In this document: positions 48,065 to 58,313 of the stretch, in pieces
Layout: each line of letters begins with the position of its first letter
Position numbering within the stretch: position 1 is the first letter of the stretch
Assembly: GCF_011050675.1 (NCBI RefSeq)
Contig: NZ_DRFI01000023.1
Origin: Maribacter sp.
GTDB lineage: Bacteria > Bacteroidota > Bacteroidia > Flavobacteriales > Flavobacteriaceae
Direction: 5' to 3' (one strand)
Length of the DNA stretch: 64,000 nucleotides
The notes under the pieces: model-generated
Database searches by the model: none
What the model was told of the DNA's origin: nothing
Seen by the model: the letters and a program-made list of their open reading frames with translations, nothing else
Translations under genes and position numbers: made by a program

Positions 48065-49285
48065 ATGAGACTATTAAATCTATTTAAAATCGCTTTCAAA
48101 GCTATAATTCTTAACAAAACAAGAACTTTGTTGACCATGTTAGGTATTATCATTGGCGTAGCTTCGGTAATTGCCATGTTGGCTATAGGTGAAGGTTCTA
48201 AAGAGAGTATTAGAAGTACCATTTCAAGTATGGGATCTAATATGATTACTATACGTCCTGGAGCAGATGATAGAGGTCCTGCAAGGGGTAGTGGGGGTGA
48301 TGTGCAAACGCTAACGCTTGCTAACTATGAAACGATAAAAAATCAATCTACACTTCTAAGTTATATAACACCTATTGTAAATGGCGGCGGACAAGTAATA
48401 AACGGTGCCAATAACTGGCCAAGTACCATCTATGGTGTTAACCCAGAATATTTGGAGATTAAAGTTGTGGGGCTTCAAAGTGGTAGTATGTTCACCGATG
48501 TTGAAGTAAAATCCGCTTCTAAAGTTGTTGTGCTAGGACAAACCGTTGTAGAGAATGTATTTCCTGATGGTCAAGACCCTGTAGGTCAAATGATTCGTTT
48601 TGATAATATTCCGTTTAAAGTTATTGGAGTTTTAGAAGAGAAAGGGGAGAATACATTTGGGCAGGATCAAGATGATGTGGTTATCGCTCCTTACACCACA
48701 GTACAAAAACGAATTCTGGCTATTGATTATTTAAATCAGATCATGGCATCTGCCATTAGTGAAGATGATGCACCCGATGCTGTAATAGAGGTAACCGATA
48801 TTTTACGCGCAGAACATAAGTTAATGGATACCGAAGATGATGATTTTACAGTTCGTTCCATGGAGGAGCTGATTTCAACATTTAGCTCTACCAGTGAAAT
48901 GCTTACTATTCTTTTAGTTGCAGTTGCCAGTATTTCACTATTAATCGGTGGTATAGGTATTATGAATATCATGTACGTATCGGTAAAAGAGCGAACAAAA
49001 GAAATAGGACTTCGTATGGCTGTTGGCGGTAAAGGTTCTGATATTTTGATGCAATTTCTTATTGAAGCAATATTAATTAGTATTACTGGTGGACTCCTTG
49101 GTGTAATCTTAGGTTTAGGTGCTACCGTTTTTATAGAAAAGTTCTTACATTGGCCTACAAGTGTGGCGTTGTATTCAATAATAATATCTTTTGCCGTTTG
49201 TGCTGTAACAGGTATATTCTTTGGCTGGTATCCGGCAAGAAAAGCATCTTCACTAGACCCTATCACAGCATTACGTTATGAATAA
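48065..49285 (+). CDS. ABC transporter permease (FtsX/MacB-type, large periplasmic domain)
   Basis: N-terminal TM helix. ~250-aa periplasmic domain. C-terminal FtsX-like four-TM bundle. Confidence 0.8.
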   Translation: MRLLNLFKIAFKAIILNKTRTLLTMLGIIIGVASVIAMLAIGEGSKESIRSTISSMGSNMITIRPGADDRGPARGSGGDVQTLTLANYETIKNQSTLLSYITPIVNGGGQVINGANNWPSTIYGVNPEYLEIKVVGLQSGSMFTDVEVKSASKVVVLGQTVVENVFPDGQDPVGQMIRFDNIPFKVIGVLEEKGENTFGQDQDDVVIAPYTTVQKRILAIDYLNQIMASAISEDDAPDAVIEVTDILRAEHKLMDTEDDDFTVRSMEELISTFSSTSEMLTILLVAVASISLLIGGIGIMNIMYVSVKERTKEIGLRMAVGGKGSDILMQFLIEAILISITGGLLGVILGLGATVFIEKFLHWPTSVALYSIIISFAVCAVTGIFFGWYPARKASSLDPITALRYE

Positions 49286-49291
49286 ATAATT

Positions 49292-50329
49292 ATGTACAAG
49301 AATAAAAAAATAATAATTATTCAGCATCTACTAATATGGCTGGTGCTGTTCAGCATACCTTTTGTTTTATCATACGGTCAAGAATTGGATAATAATAGAT
49401 TAATTGCCCATTTCTTAGTACCGATGTTATTCTATGCAATCATTTTTTATCTGAATTTTCTCATACTAATTGACAAATTTCTTTTCTCGAATAAAACGGT
49501 AGTATTTATTCTTATCAATTTAGTGATTATCGGTTTTTTTATTTTGATGAAAGAATTTATTGAGGATAATTATTTTGCCGAACTCATAAAGAAACGACCG
49601 CCAGAGGATAATAGGGAAGGACCTCGATTTAAATTGTTCTTATATGTACAGATGTTATCTTATGCGGCGCCTTTACTTTTTTCAATAGCCATTAAGACCA
49701 CTAAAAGATGGGTTAAAACTGAAGCAGAGAAAAAGGAAGCGGATAACTTTAAATTACAAACGGAACTGCAACATCTTAGATATCAGTTACAACCCCATTT
49801 CTTTTTTAATTCTTTGAATAATATTTATTCACTTGTAGATATATCTCCAGATAAAGCAAAATCTACTATTCATAGTTTAGGAAAGCTAATGCGTTATTTG
49901 CTTTATGAAACAAGCACTGAATTAGTTCCTCTTTCAAAGGAAATTGAATTCATGAGAAAGTATATCGACTTAATGAATCTTCGTTTAACAGATAAAACAA
50001 CCGTAGAATCTAGCTTTCCAATAAGTGAGCCACAGACTAAAATTGCTCCATTACTGTTCATCTCTCTAATTGAAAATGCTTTTAAACATGGGGTTTCTGC
50101 TAACAAAAATAGTATCATTTCAATTGATATGACCATTAAGGAAAATATAGTGGATTTCACAATTGAAAACCATAATTTCCCTAAACAGGATAATGATAAA
50201 AGTGGTTCTGGAATTGGGTTGGCTAATCTAGAAAAACGCTTACAGTTATTATATCCAAATAAACACACTTTTGAAAAGGAACTAAAAGCTGGTGTTTACA
50301 GGGTTAATTTAGAAATAGAAACTAACTAA
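49292..50329 (+). CDS. LytS/YehU-type sensor histidine kinase
   Basis: Five to six N-terminal TM helices. LQPHFFFNSLNNIYSL (His_kinase PF06580-type phospho-acceptor). C-terminal HATPase GIGLANLEKRLQLLYP. Confidence 0.8.
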   Translation: MYKNKKIIIIQHLLIWLVLFSIPFVLSYGQELDNNRLIAHFLVPMLFYAIIFYLNFLILIDKFLFSNKTVVFILINLVIIGFFILMKEFIEDNYFAELIKKRPPEDNREGPRFKLFLYVQMLSYAAPLLFSIAIKTTKRWVKTEAEKKEADNFKLQTELQHLRYQLQPHFFFNSLNNIYSLVDISPDKAKSTIHSLGKLMRYLLYETSTELVPLSKEIEFMRKYIDLMNLRLTDKTTVESSFPISEPQTKIAPLLFISLIENAFKHGVSANKNSIISIDMTIKENIVDFTIENHNFPKQDNDKSGSGIGLANLEKRLQLLYPNKHTFEKELKAGVYRVNLEIETN

Positions 50330-50496
50330 ACATCATAGGGCTCTTATTTTTTTGAATAGTATTGACAGTGATAAACTGGATACTCTAATTCAATAATTAC
50401 TATGTATAGAAATTTTTTTTAAGTGTTATCACATAAAACAATATCCCTACTCAAGTTATCTTATTTCAAAAATATAATTCGCTTAAATCTTAATAT

Positions 50497-52296
50497 ATGA
50501 AAGATGCCTCTAAGCAGACGCTTGTAGCGCTTTTTAAAAAACTTTGGGATTACGTAAAACCTTATAAAAAATTGGTGATTGCGTCTTTAATCCTAACCAT
50601 AATTGGCGCATTATTGGCGCAGGTTAATGCTTTAGTATTACGCTACACCGTTGATGAATTAACAACCTTAAGTGACGCTAATAAAACCGTAAAAGAAGGG
50701 TTTTCGCTATTAGCAACAATTAGTATTATTCTTCTTTTAAAGGAAGGTTTTTATGCACTAGTACAATTTGGTCAAAAGTTCTACGGAGAAAAAATGAAAA
50801 TTTACATTTCAAAAGACTTTGCGCAAAACATTGTAGAACGCATATTGACTTACAAAATGGCTTTTTACAGTTCTCCAACTAATGAAAGTGGCAAATTACA
50901 AACCAGAATAGATTTAGGCGTTACAAGCCTTACGCAGTTGGTAAAAAACTTTTTTATTGACATATTACCTTTATTCTTTAATGCTTTTGTCGCTTTAATT
51001 ATCATGTTTAACGCCAACGTATATGTAGGGTTAGTGAGTCTTTCAATTATTCCACTTTTCTTCTACATAAGCAGTTTACAAGCTAAAAAATTGAAAGGCT
51101 TTAGACGCACCATGAGGAAATATAGAGAAACAAAAAATAATGGCATCATCGGTTTAATAAATTCTATTACTGTTATAAAATCTTTTACAAGAGAAAATTT
51201 TGAAAGTAAAAAGCACGAAGCCATTCAGTTAGACATGACTGAAAATCTATTACAAACAAGAAAATTAAGTTTCTTATTTGACGCACTAAAAAAATTCACA
51301 GAACAATTTGGAGCTGTTATTATTATCATATTAACCGCTTATTTTGTTTTAAATGGTAGCATGACTATCGGCGCCATAATGTTTCATATTTTACTATTTA
51401 ACAATGTATCGGCACCTATACAACAATTACATCGCATATATGATGAAGTACAAGATGCGATAATATATTCGGATGCGTTTTTTGAAATTATGGACGCCGA
51501 TGAAGAAACAGAATTAAGAGGCACTTACATTCCTGAAAAATTCACTGGTACTTTTGAAATTAAAAATGTAGATTTTGCATATCCTAACGGAACGAAAGCC
51601 CTTTATAATGTTTCGATGGTTATTAAACCCAATACGATAAATGCTCTAGTTGGTTTAAGTGGTGCTGGAAAAAGCACGGTGATTAATTTGTTAGATAAAT
51701 TCTATGCACCAACCTCAGGCGAAATATATTTAGATGGCGTTGATTTACAAAAATATGATACGCATTGGCTAAGAGATAACATCGGTTTGGTTCTACAAAA
51801 GAACCACATATTTAATGGAAGTATCAAAGAAAACATCCTTTACGGAAAAGAAAATGCTACAGACGACGAGGTTGTAGCGGCAGCAAAACAAGCCTATATT
51901 CATGAGCAAATTATTCAATTGCCAGAGGGATATAATTCAAAAGCAACATTACTGTCTGGAGGGCAACAACAACGGGTTTCTATAGCACGATTATTTTTGA
52001 AAAATCCTCCTATTATTTTTCTTGATGAACCCACGGCGAGTTTGGATGCCATAGCAACTGAAGAAATCAAGAAAAGTTTAGACGCCATAAAAAAGGGGAG
52101 AACAGTAATCGTTATTTCCCACAGTATTTCTCAAATAATCGATGCTGAAAATGTTATTGTTTTAGAAAAAGGAAAAGTAATAGAACAAGGTACTCATGTG
52201 GCATTGTACAACAATGAGAGTGCCTATTATAAAATTTTTAATGCTATGGCGAATAGCTTAAATATTGATAAAATTAAAAACACTTTAAAAGAATAA
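50497..52296 (+). CDS. Fused ABC exporter (N-terminal six-TM domain plus C-terminal NBD; MsbA/peptide-exporter-like)
   Basis: GLSGAGKST, LSGGQQQRVSIAR, IIFLDEPTASLD. 599 aa. Confidence 0.8.
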   Translation: MKDASKQTLVALFKKLWDYVKPYKKLVIASLILTIIGALLAQVNALVLRYTVDELTTLSDANKTVKEGFSLLATISIILLLKEGFYALVQFGQKFYGEKMKIYISKDFAQNIVERILTYKMAFYSSPTNESGKLQTRIDLGVTSLTQLVKNFFIDILPLFFNAFVALIIMFNANVYVGLVSLSIIPLFFYISSLQAKKLKGFRRTMRKYRETKNNGIIGLINSITVIKSFTRENFESKKHEAIQLDMTENLLQTRKLSFLFDALKKFTEQFGAVIIIILTAYFVLNGSMTIGAIMFHILLFNNVSAPIQQLHRIYDEVQDAIIYSDAFFEIMDADEETELRGTYIPEKFTGTFEIKNVDFAYPNGTKALYNVSMVIKPNTINALVGLSGAGKSTVINLLDKFYAPTSGEIYLDGVDLQKYDTHWLRDNIGLVLQKNHIFNGSIKENILYGKENATDDEVVAAAKQAYIHEQIIQLPEGYNSKATLLSGGQQQRVSIARLFLKNPPIIFLDEPTASLDAIATEEIKKSLDAIKKGRTVIVISHSISQIIDAENVIVLEKGKVIEQGTHVALYNNESAYYKIFNAMANSLNIDKIKNTLKE

Positions 52297-52348
52297 ATTT
52301 CTGATTTGATTTTCAAAATAACAACTGTAAAAAGTAAAGCGAAAGACT

Positions 52349-53671
52349 ATGAAATATTCAATTTTAATTATCCTCGTCGTCTTATCTTTTGGTTCTATTT
52401 CCGCTCATGAAGGCGGACACGGAACTCCATCCAAACAATGGGAGTTAACAACAAATGAACTATTCAAAGCTGATTTCATTTCATATGAAAACGGTGAAGT
52501 TTGGCTTATAGATGGCAACCATAGTATTCAAACTTTTCAAATTACAGACTTTGCAGAAGCTGATCAAAACTATATTAAAAGTAAAAATGAGTTCATTCAT
52601 TCTTTAAATAGCAGAACAACTATTAAACCTGATTCTCAATCATTATCAATTTTTAATTGGGCTATTATTGGTTTGGGTATTCTTCTTTTGTCTTTTTCAG
52701 TTTTAAAACTGAAAAAACAAAAAAAAGTAGTGTACTTAACTCACGGAATACTCGGTTTAGGTGTTATTTTGATTGTATCCTGTAAAGATGTCAATACTAC
52801 TAAAACCAATAATTTACAAGTACCAGAAAACAACGTTGCAGAGATGCGAGCTTTTTTTGCGAGATTTGAAGGTATCAGTACACATTCAGACGAAAACTAT
52901 CTTTATGTTTCATCCAATGGTTTACCAAATCATGATATGATGGTTGGTATTACAAACTGGCAACAACAAGTGCCTATTAAGCAAAGTTATACCGGTGACA
53001 ATAGTTGGGCTATACCTACGCATCCAAAAATGGCGGAACATCCGTTATCTACAAAAACCAATTTGTTAAAAGGAGCAATTGCTGTTGCGGTGAATGGAAT
53101 ACCCATTTTTAACCCTTTAAACAACAGAGGTGAAGATGCCAATGCCATTGGAGAGTTAGATAATTGGGGCGGACATTGCGGACGTGCAGACGATTATCAT
53201 TACCATTTACCTCCACTACATTTGCAAGATCAAGTTGGTGCAGGCAACCCTGTTGCTTACGCTGTAGATGGTTTTCCGGTTTATGGAGAAACAACAGATA
53301 CATTAGATGAATATTTAGGAAAAACAAACTCAGATGGTTCTTATCAATATCATGCTGTTAAAGAATACCCTTATTTTATTGCAGGTATGCGAGGCGAAGT
53401 ACTATTAGACCCAAAAACAGAAGCACCAGAAAACCAAGTGTCTCCGCAACCTAGAACACAAGAATTACGCCCTGCATTAAAACCACTGCGAGGTGCTGAG
53501 ATTGTTGATTTCAAATCTTTAGGAGAAAATTCATATGCATTAAGGTTCAGTTTAGATTCAAAAGAATATACTATCAATTATAGTTGGGACAGTGAAGATA
53601 ATTACAGCTATCAATTTATAAACCCTGATGGTACATCAACCGTTGAAACTTATAAACCAAGAGAAAAATGA
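52349..53671 (+). CDS. YHYH-family protein (unknown function), with an internal TM segment
   Basis: Signal peptide. Hydrophobic segment WAIIGLGILLLSFSVL. DDYHYHLPP motif. Confidence 0.55.
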   Translation: MKYSILIILVVLSFGSISAHEGGHGTPSKQWELTTNELFKADFISYENGEVWLIDGNHSIQTFQITDFAEADQNYIKSKNEFIHSLNSRTTIKPDSQSLSIFNWAIIGLGILLLSFSVLKLKKQKKVVYLTHGILGLGVILIVSCKDVNTTKTNNLQVPENNVAEMRAFFARFEGISTHSDENYLYVSSNGLPNHDMMVGITNWQQQVPIKQSYTGDNSWAIPTHPKMAEHPLSTKTNLLKGAIAVAVNGIPIFNPLNNRGEDANAIGELDNWGGHCGRADDYHYHLPPLHLQDQVGAGNPVAYAVDGFPVYGETTDTLDEYLGKTNSDGSYQYHAVKEYPYFIAGMRGEVLLDPKTEAPENQVSPQPRTQELRPALKPLRGAEIVDFKSLGENSYALRFSLDSKEYTINYSWDSEDNYSYQFINPDGTSTVETYKPREK

Positions 53672-54267
53672 AATATTCAAAATTTATAGTTCCCGTACTT
53701 TTTATTGGTTTGATGTCTTGTAAAAACAATAAAAAAGCAACTACAGAAGTGAATCATGATGATTTTAAAACCATCCATTCCAATTTTAAGCTAACGAGTA
53801 TTGCTATAGAGAATGGTGTTTTATTGGATGCTTACAAGTGCGAAGAGAAGGTTAATGATGTTGAAAATTCCATTCCACTTTCGTGGAAAAATGTGCCTGA
53901 AGGCACTAAATCTTTAGCTGTTGTTATGTATCATTATCCAAAAAAAGATAATAAAACAGAGATCAATTTATATCTCTTATTATGGGATATTGATCCTAAA
54001 ACCACAGGAATACCTTATAAAATGGCATCTAAAGGCAATTGGTTTATGGGCGGAAATAAGGATGGAACAGCAATCTCTTATACATCACCTTGTTCTCGTG
54101 GAAAAGGGAAACATAAATATACCATAGCGCTTTATGCTTTAGCAGAAACTCCTGCTGCGTTACCTAAAAAGCACAGTTTAACTGTAGATTACAATGTGTT
54201 TATGGAGGCATTAGCTACCGTAAAAATTATGGATAGAACCACGTTAACATTTATAGACTCAAATTAA
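53668..54267 (+). CDS. YbhB/YbcL-type PEBP-family lipoprotein (tentative)
   Basis: Lipobox GLMSC. LSWKNVPEGTKSLAVVMYH...LLWDIDP resembles the PEBP anion-pocket region. Overlaps the upstream gene by 4 nt. Confidence 0.45.
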   Translation: MKYSKFIVPVLFIGLMSCKNNKKATTEVNHDDFKTIHSNFKLTSIAIENGVLLDAYKCEEKVNDVENSIPLSWKNVPEGTKSLAVVMYHYPKKDNKTEINLYLLLWDIDPKTTGIPYKMASKGNWFMGGNKDGTAISYTSPCSRGKGKHKYTIALYALAETPAALPKKHSLTVDYNVFMEALATVKIMDRTTLTFIDSN

Positions 54268-54280
54268 AAATAACAATAAA

Positions 54281-55297
54281 ATGATATACTTAAAGAACAC
54301 TTTACTACTCTTTGTTTTCGCTTCTTTAACGATGACAGCTTGTAAAAACGGTCAAAACAGTAAAAAAATGACACCCGAAAATTCAGAAGTTTATAAAGGC
54401 ACAGCTTCTGTATCTCAAGGATCCGCAACAGTGCTAACTCAAAATATTTTTGAGTGCGATAGAGGTAGAGAGGCACCAATTGGTACATCTACAGCAACAG
54501 ATGGTAGTAATTGGACAGTTCCTGCTGAAGTTAATTTTACCGATGATAACTTTCCTTATGCTTCAGATTTGTTTAATCCGTGTACAAAAGTAGAATATAG
54601 AACGGCAGATGAAGCTTTAGCAGCTTTAGACGGAACAGATATAATAGAAGTTGATGCCGATGGTGAGGTTGTTACGGCATATGTATTTGCCGATAACTAT
54701 TTTGAAATGTACATTAATGGCATACCTGTAGGTAAGGACAATGTGCCCTTTACGCAATTCAATTCTAATATCGTTCGTTTTAAGGTAAACATACCTTTTA
54801 CAATAGCCATGAAATTAGTAGACTGGGAAGAAAATAGTGGATTAGGATCTGAGGCTAATAGAGATCAAGCGTTTCACCCAGGAGATGGTGGTATGGTGGC
54901 TGTTTTTAAAGATGCTAAAAATGATATAATTGCCACAACAGATGCTAGTTGGAAAGCCCAAACATTTTACACAGCGCCTTTAAAAGATTTATCTTGTGCT
55001 TCAGAAGAAGGGGCTTTAAGATTAAGTGAAACATGCAGTACTGAGGATTCTAATGATGGTACTTCTTATTATGCCTTACATTGGAAAACACCAACAAATT
55101 GGCAATTAACAGATTTTGATGATGCTGAATGGCCAAACGCAACTGAGTTTACAAACAATACTATAGGTGTAGATAATAAACCATCTTACACCAATTTCAC
55201 CAATATTTTTGATGATAGTGCTACAGATGCTAAATTTATATGGTCAACAAATGTTATTTTAGATAACGAAGTATTAGTTAGATATACTGTAAAATAA
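54281..55297 (+). CDS. Lipoprotein of unknown function (338 aa)
   Basis: Lipobox LTMTAC. No motif recognised. Confidence 0.5.
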   Translation: MIYLKNTLLLFVFASLTMTACKNGQNSKKMTPENSEVYKGTASVSQGSATVLTQNIFECDRGREAPIGTSTATDGSNWTVPAEVNFTDDNFPYASDLFNPCTKVEYRTADEALAALDGTDIIEVDADGEVVTAYVFADNYFEMYINGIPVGKDNVPFTQFNSNIVRFKVNIPFTIAMKLVDWEENSGLGSEANRDQAFHPGDGGMVAVFKDAKNDIIATTDASWKAQTFYTAPLKDLSCASEEGALRLSETCSTEDSNDGTSYYALHWKTPTNWQLTDFDDAEWPNATEFTNNTIGVDNKPSYTNFTNIFDDSATDAKFIWSTNVILDNEVLVRYTVK

Positions 55298-55338
55298 ATA
55301 CAGAAATTTCTGTAGCCTAATCAAAATATAAACCTGAT

Positions 55339-56076
55339 ATGGAAAGCGTACAAATTACTTGCATGATTGTTGACGATGAGCCTATGGCTGTTAACCTAGT
55401 GGAAAGCTATGTAGAGAAAACTCCGTATTTAACGTTGAAAAAGAAATGCAATAGCGCTATAGAAGCCATGCAGTTTTTAAATACCGAAAAAGTAGACTTA
55501 TTATTTCTGGACATTCAAATGCCGGATTTAACCGGAATAGAATTTTCTAAAATGCTTCCAAAACATTCTAGAGTAATTTTTACAACTGCTTTTGACCAAT
55601 ATGCATTAGAGGGTTTTAAAGTGGAGGCTTTAGATTATTTGCTAAAACCGTTTGATTATGCCGAGTTCTTAACCGCTGCCAACAAAGCCTTAGAATGGTT
55701 CTCTTTGGTAAAAGGCAATACACAATCTTCTGTAGTATCCGAAGAAAAGGAATTCCTTTTTGTCAAATCAGAATACAAACAATTACGCATTAAATTAGCT
55801 GATGTTCTTTATTTTGAGGGGCTGAAGGACTACATAAAAATATGGTTGAAAGATAATCCTAAACCGATTCTAACATTAATGAGTCTAAAGAGTCTAGAAG
55901 AAGAATTACCCAACTCTAATTTTATGCGTGTACACCGCTCTTTTATTGTATCTCTAAAGTATGTTGAAGTAATTGAGCGTAGTCAAATCATTATCAACAA
56001 ACAACGCATCACCGTTTCTGAGCAATACAAGTCACGGTTTTTAGATTATATAAACGATAATTCATTGAATTCTTAG
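55339..56076 (+). CDS. LytTR-family two-component response regulator
   Basis: Receiver domain (CMIVDDEP...LFLDIQMPDLTG) and C-terminal LytTR domain (FMRVHRSFIVS). Confidence 0.85.
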   Translation: MESVQITCMIVDDEPMAVNLVESYVEKTPYLTLKKKCNSAIEAMQFLNTEKVDLLFLDIQMPDLTGIEFSKMLPKHSRVIFTTAFDQYALEGFKVEALDYLLKPFDYAEFLTAANKALEWFSLVKGNTQSSVVSEEKEFLFVKSEYKQLRIKLADVLYFEGLKDYIKIWLKDNPKPILTLMSLKSLEEELPNSNFMRVHRSFIVSLKYVEVIERSQIIINKQRITVSEQYKSRFLDYINDNSLNS

Positions 56077-56170
56077 TATTTCATTATAGAAGTAGATTAC
56101 AACAAGTAGATTTAAATAATCATACTTATTTTTCAGTACATTTAAAATTGATTTTTAATTCTGTCTGAAA

Positions 56171-57001
56171 ATGAATTTACTTTCCACATTTATCAAAGTC
56201 TTTTTTGTCATTACAGTAATTCTATCAATTTCTTGTGGAAGTAAAAAAGTCAGTAATAACTCAGATTCTGCTATTAATCTAGATGCTACCAAAACTGAAA
56301 CAAGCTGGGTTTCTATTTTTAATGGTAATGACTTAACTGGATGGACTATTAAAGTTCCTGGGCATAAATTAGGTGAAAATTTCGGCAATACCTTAAGGGT
56401 AGAGGATGGTATTCTCAAAGTTAGATATGATGAATACGGACCGGAATTTAGCGATCGGTTCGGCACAGTATATTATGATAAATATCTTACCAATTATAGA
56501 TTAAAGGTTGTGTATCGATTTGTGGGAGAAACGGCACCAGGTGCACCAACTTGGGGCTATCGTGATAGCGGAATTCAATTTCATGGTCAACCACCAGCTA
56601 CTCAAAAATTAGATCAAGCTTTTCCCGTTTGTTTAGAATATAATTTTCATGGTGGCAATGGTACTGATGAACGCCCGTTAGGTGCAGCTTGCACTAACGG
56701 AATGTTCATAGAGCATAATGGTGTACAGAATAAAACAACGTGTATTCCAGCAGATGTTCCCAAAACATTTCATGGTGATCAGTGGGTTACTGCTGAGATT
56801 GATATTAAAGATGGTGTAATTACACACTATGTCAATGGTGAAGAAATTTTAAGATATTCCAACCCAACTTATAATACCGAAAACGCCACTGCTAAAATGT
56901 TGATGACCGATGAGAATACAAATGTAAAAGGTGGCTTTATCTCCTTACAGTCGAACAGCCACCCCATTGATTTTCGTTCAATTGAACTTATGGAATATTA
57001 A
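56171..57001 (+). CDS. DUF1080 (3-keto-disaccharide hydrolase-like) domain protein
   Basis: Lipoprotein signal. WVSIFNGNDLTGWTIK...GFISLQSNSHPIDFRSIEL, typical of DUF1080. Confidence 0.75.
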   Translation: MNLLSTFIKVFFVITVILSISCGSKKVSNNSDSAINLDATKTETSWVSIFNGNDLTGWTIKVPGHKLGENFGNTLRVEDGILKVRYDEYGPEFSDRFGTVYYDKYLTNYRLKVVYRFVGETAPGAPTWGYRDSGIQFHGQPPATQKLDQAFPVCLEYNFHGGNGTDERPLGAACTNGMFIEHNGVQNKTTCIPADVPKTFHGDQWVTAEIDIKDGVITHYVNGEEILRYSNPTYNTENATAKMLMTDENTNVKGGFISLQSNSHPIDFRSIELMEY

Positions 57002-58108
57002 TTACAACGTTACTTTCTCTCCGGTTTTTGTCGCTAAGAAAATTGCATCTATAATTTTCATATCCTTAACGCCTTCTTCCCCGTCAACTGGTACAATGGG
57101 TTGCACACCATCAAAAATTAACGCTGCCATACCGTCCATTTGTAATGTTTGGTGCGTAATATGTGGTTGAGTCAATTTTCCTTCATGAGTATGCCCCTCT
57201 ATAGGTCCATATCCTGTTGAAGGTTGCATTTCAACAAACCCTTTTGATCCAGTCATATAAAACCGGTCCAAATTGCTCATATTATAAGTTGAAAGGCAAT
57301 TTGCTACTGCACCACTAGGGAAACCCATTTGAAATTGAATAGTCTCATCAATGCCTTCCTTAAATTTCACAGGATCTGTTTTTGTTTCCTGTGCGGTTAC
57401 CCAAATAGGTTCTTCACCTAACATATATCTAGCTCCATTTATAGAGTAAATACCAATATCCATCATAGCACCACCACCTGACAATTCTTTATTTAAACGC
57501 CATTGTGTAGGATCACCTATAGTAAAGCCAGATTGACCTTGAAAAAATTTAGTATCACCAAATACACCGTCTTTTCGCATTTGAATAACTGCTACTGTTT
57601 TAGGTTCAAAATGCATTCTATACCCAATCAATAATTTTACGTTAGCTGCTTTACAAGCATCTACCATTTGTTGGCCTTCTTCAGCATTTATACCCATTGG
57701 CTTTTCAGAAATTACATGCTTACCAGCTTTAGCTACCCTTAGCGTCTGATCCTTATGCAATCCATTTGGAGTTATAATGTAGACTGCATCAATATCAGGA
57801 TTATCTTTTATGGCGTCGAAATTTTCATAGTTATAGCAGTTCTTTGCCGGAATACTATATTTTGATTGCCACTCCTTGACCTTAGAAGGAGTTCCACTAA
57901 TTACGCCCACCAACTTAGCTCTTTTACAAGATTTCATAGCTTCTGCTACTCGTGTACCATAACTACCTAGTCCCATAATAGCAACCTTTAAAATTGGTCC
58001 ATCATACGGTTCGGTCTCATTGGCAAATAGTTGTGCCGGACTATATAACAGTGGTAAACCTATAGCAGTAACAGATAATTTCTCTATAAAACTTCTTCTT
58101 GAGCTCAT
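57002..58108 (-). CDS. Gfo/Idh/MocA-family oxidoreductase, Tat-exported
   Basis: MSSRRSFIEKLSVTAIGLPL Tat signal. KVAIMGLGSYG Rossmann motif. Confidence 0.8.
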   Translation of the reverse strand: MSSRRSFIEKLSVTAIGLPLLYSPAQLFANETEPYDGPILKVAIMGLGSYGTRVAEAMKSCKRAKLVGVISGTPSKVKEWQSKYSIPAKNCYNYENFDAIKDNPDIDAVYIITPNGLHKDQTLRVAKAGKHVISEKPMGINAEEGQQMVDACKAANVKLLIGYRMHFEPKTVAVIQMRKDGVFGDTKFFQGQSGFTIGDPTQWRLNKELSGGGAMMDIGIYSINGARYMLGEEPIWVTAQETKTDPVKFKEGIDETIQFQMGFPSGAVANCLSTYNMSNLDRFYMTGSKGFVEMQPSTGYGPIEGHTHEGKLTQPHITHQTLQMDGMAALIFDGVQPIVPVDGEEGVKDMKIIDAIFLATKTGEKVTL

Positions 58109-58313
58109 ATTTTATTGTTGTTTGATTGTTCCTTAAGTATCTAAATATAATAAAACTGGAAGCGTAATAATCACATTGAATTTGAATTTATTGTTTGGCA
58201 AACGAAATGGCTACAATTCTTTGATTGTTAATTACTAATCGAGGTAATTAAATATTGAATCTCATTAATGCTACCCATGCGCAGTGTCTAACTTTATTCT
58301 AAATTCAAGAGTA

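Noticed and set aside
48736-49266. 176-aa minus-strand ORF across the FtsX permease 3' half
   Set aside because: It is antisense to the TM-encoding region. Hydrophobic antisense frames are common artefacts.
49903-50268. 121-aa minus-strand ORF inside the histidine kinase gene
   Set aside because: Antisense shadow ORF.
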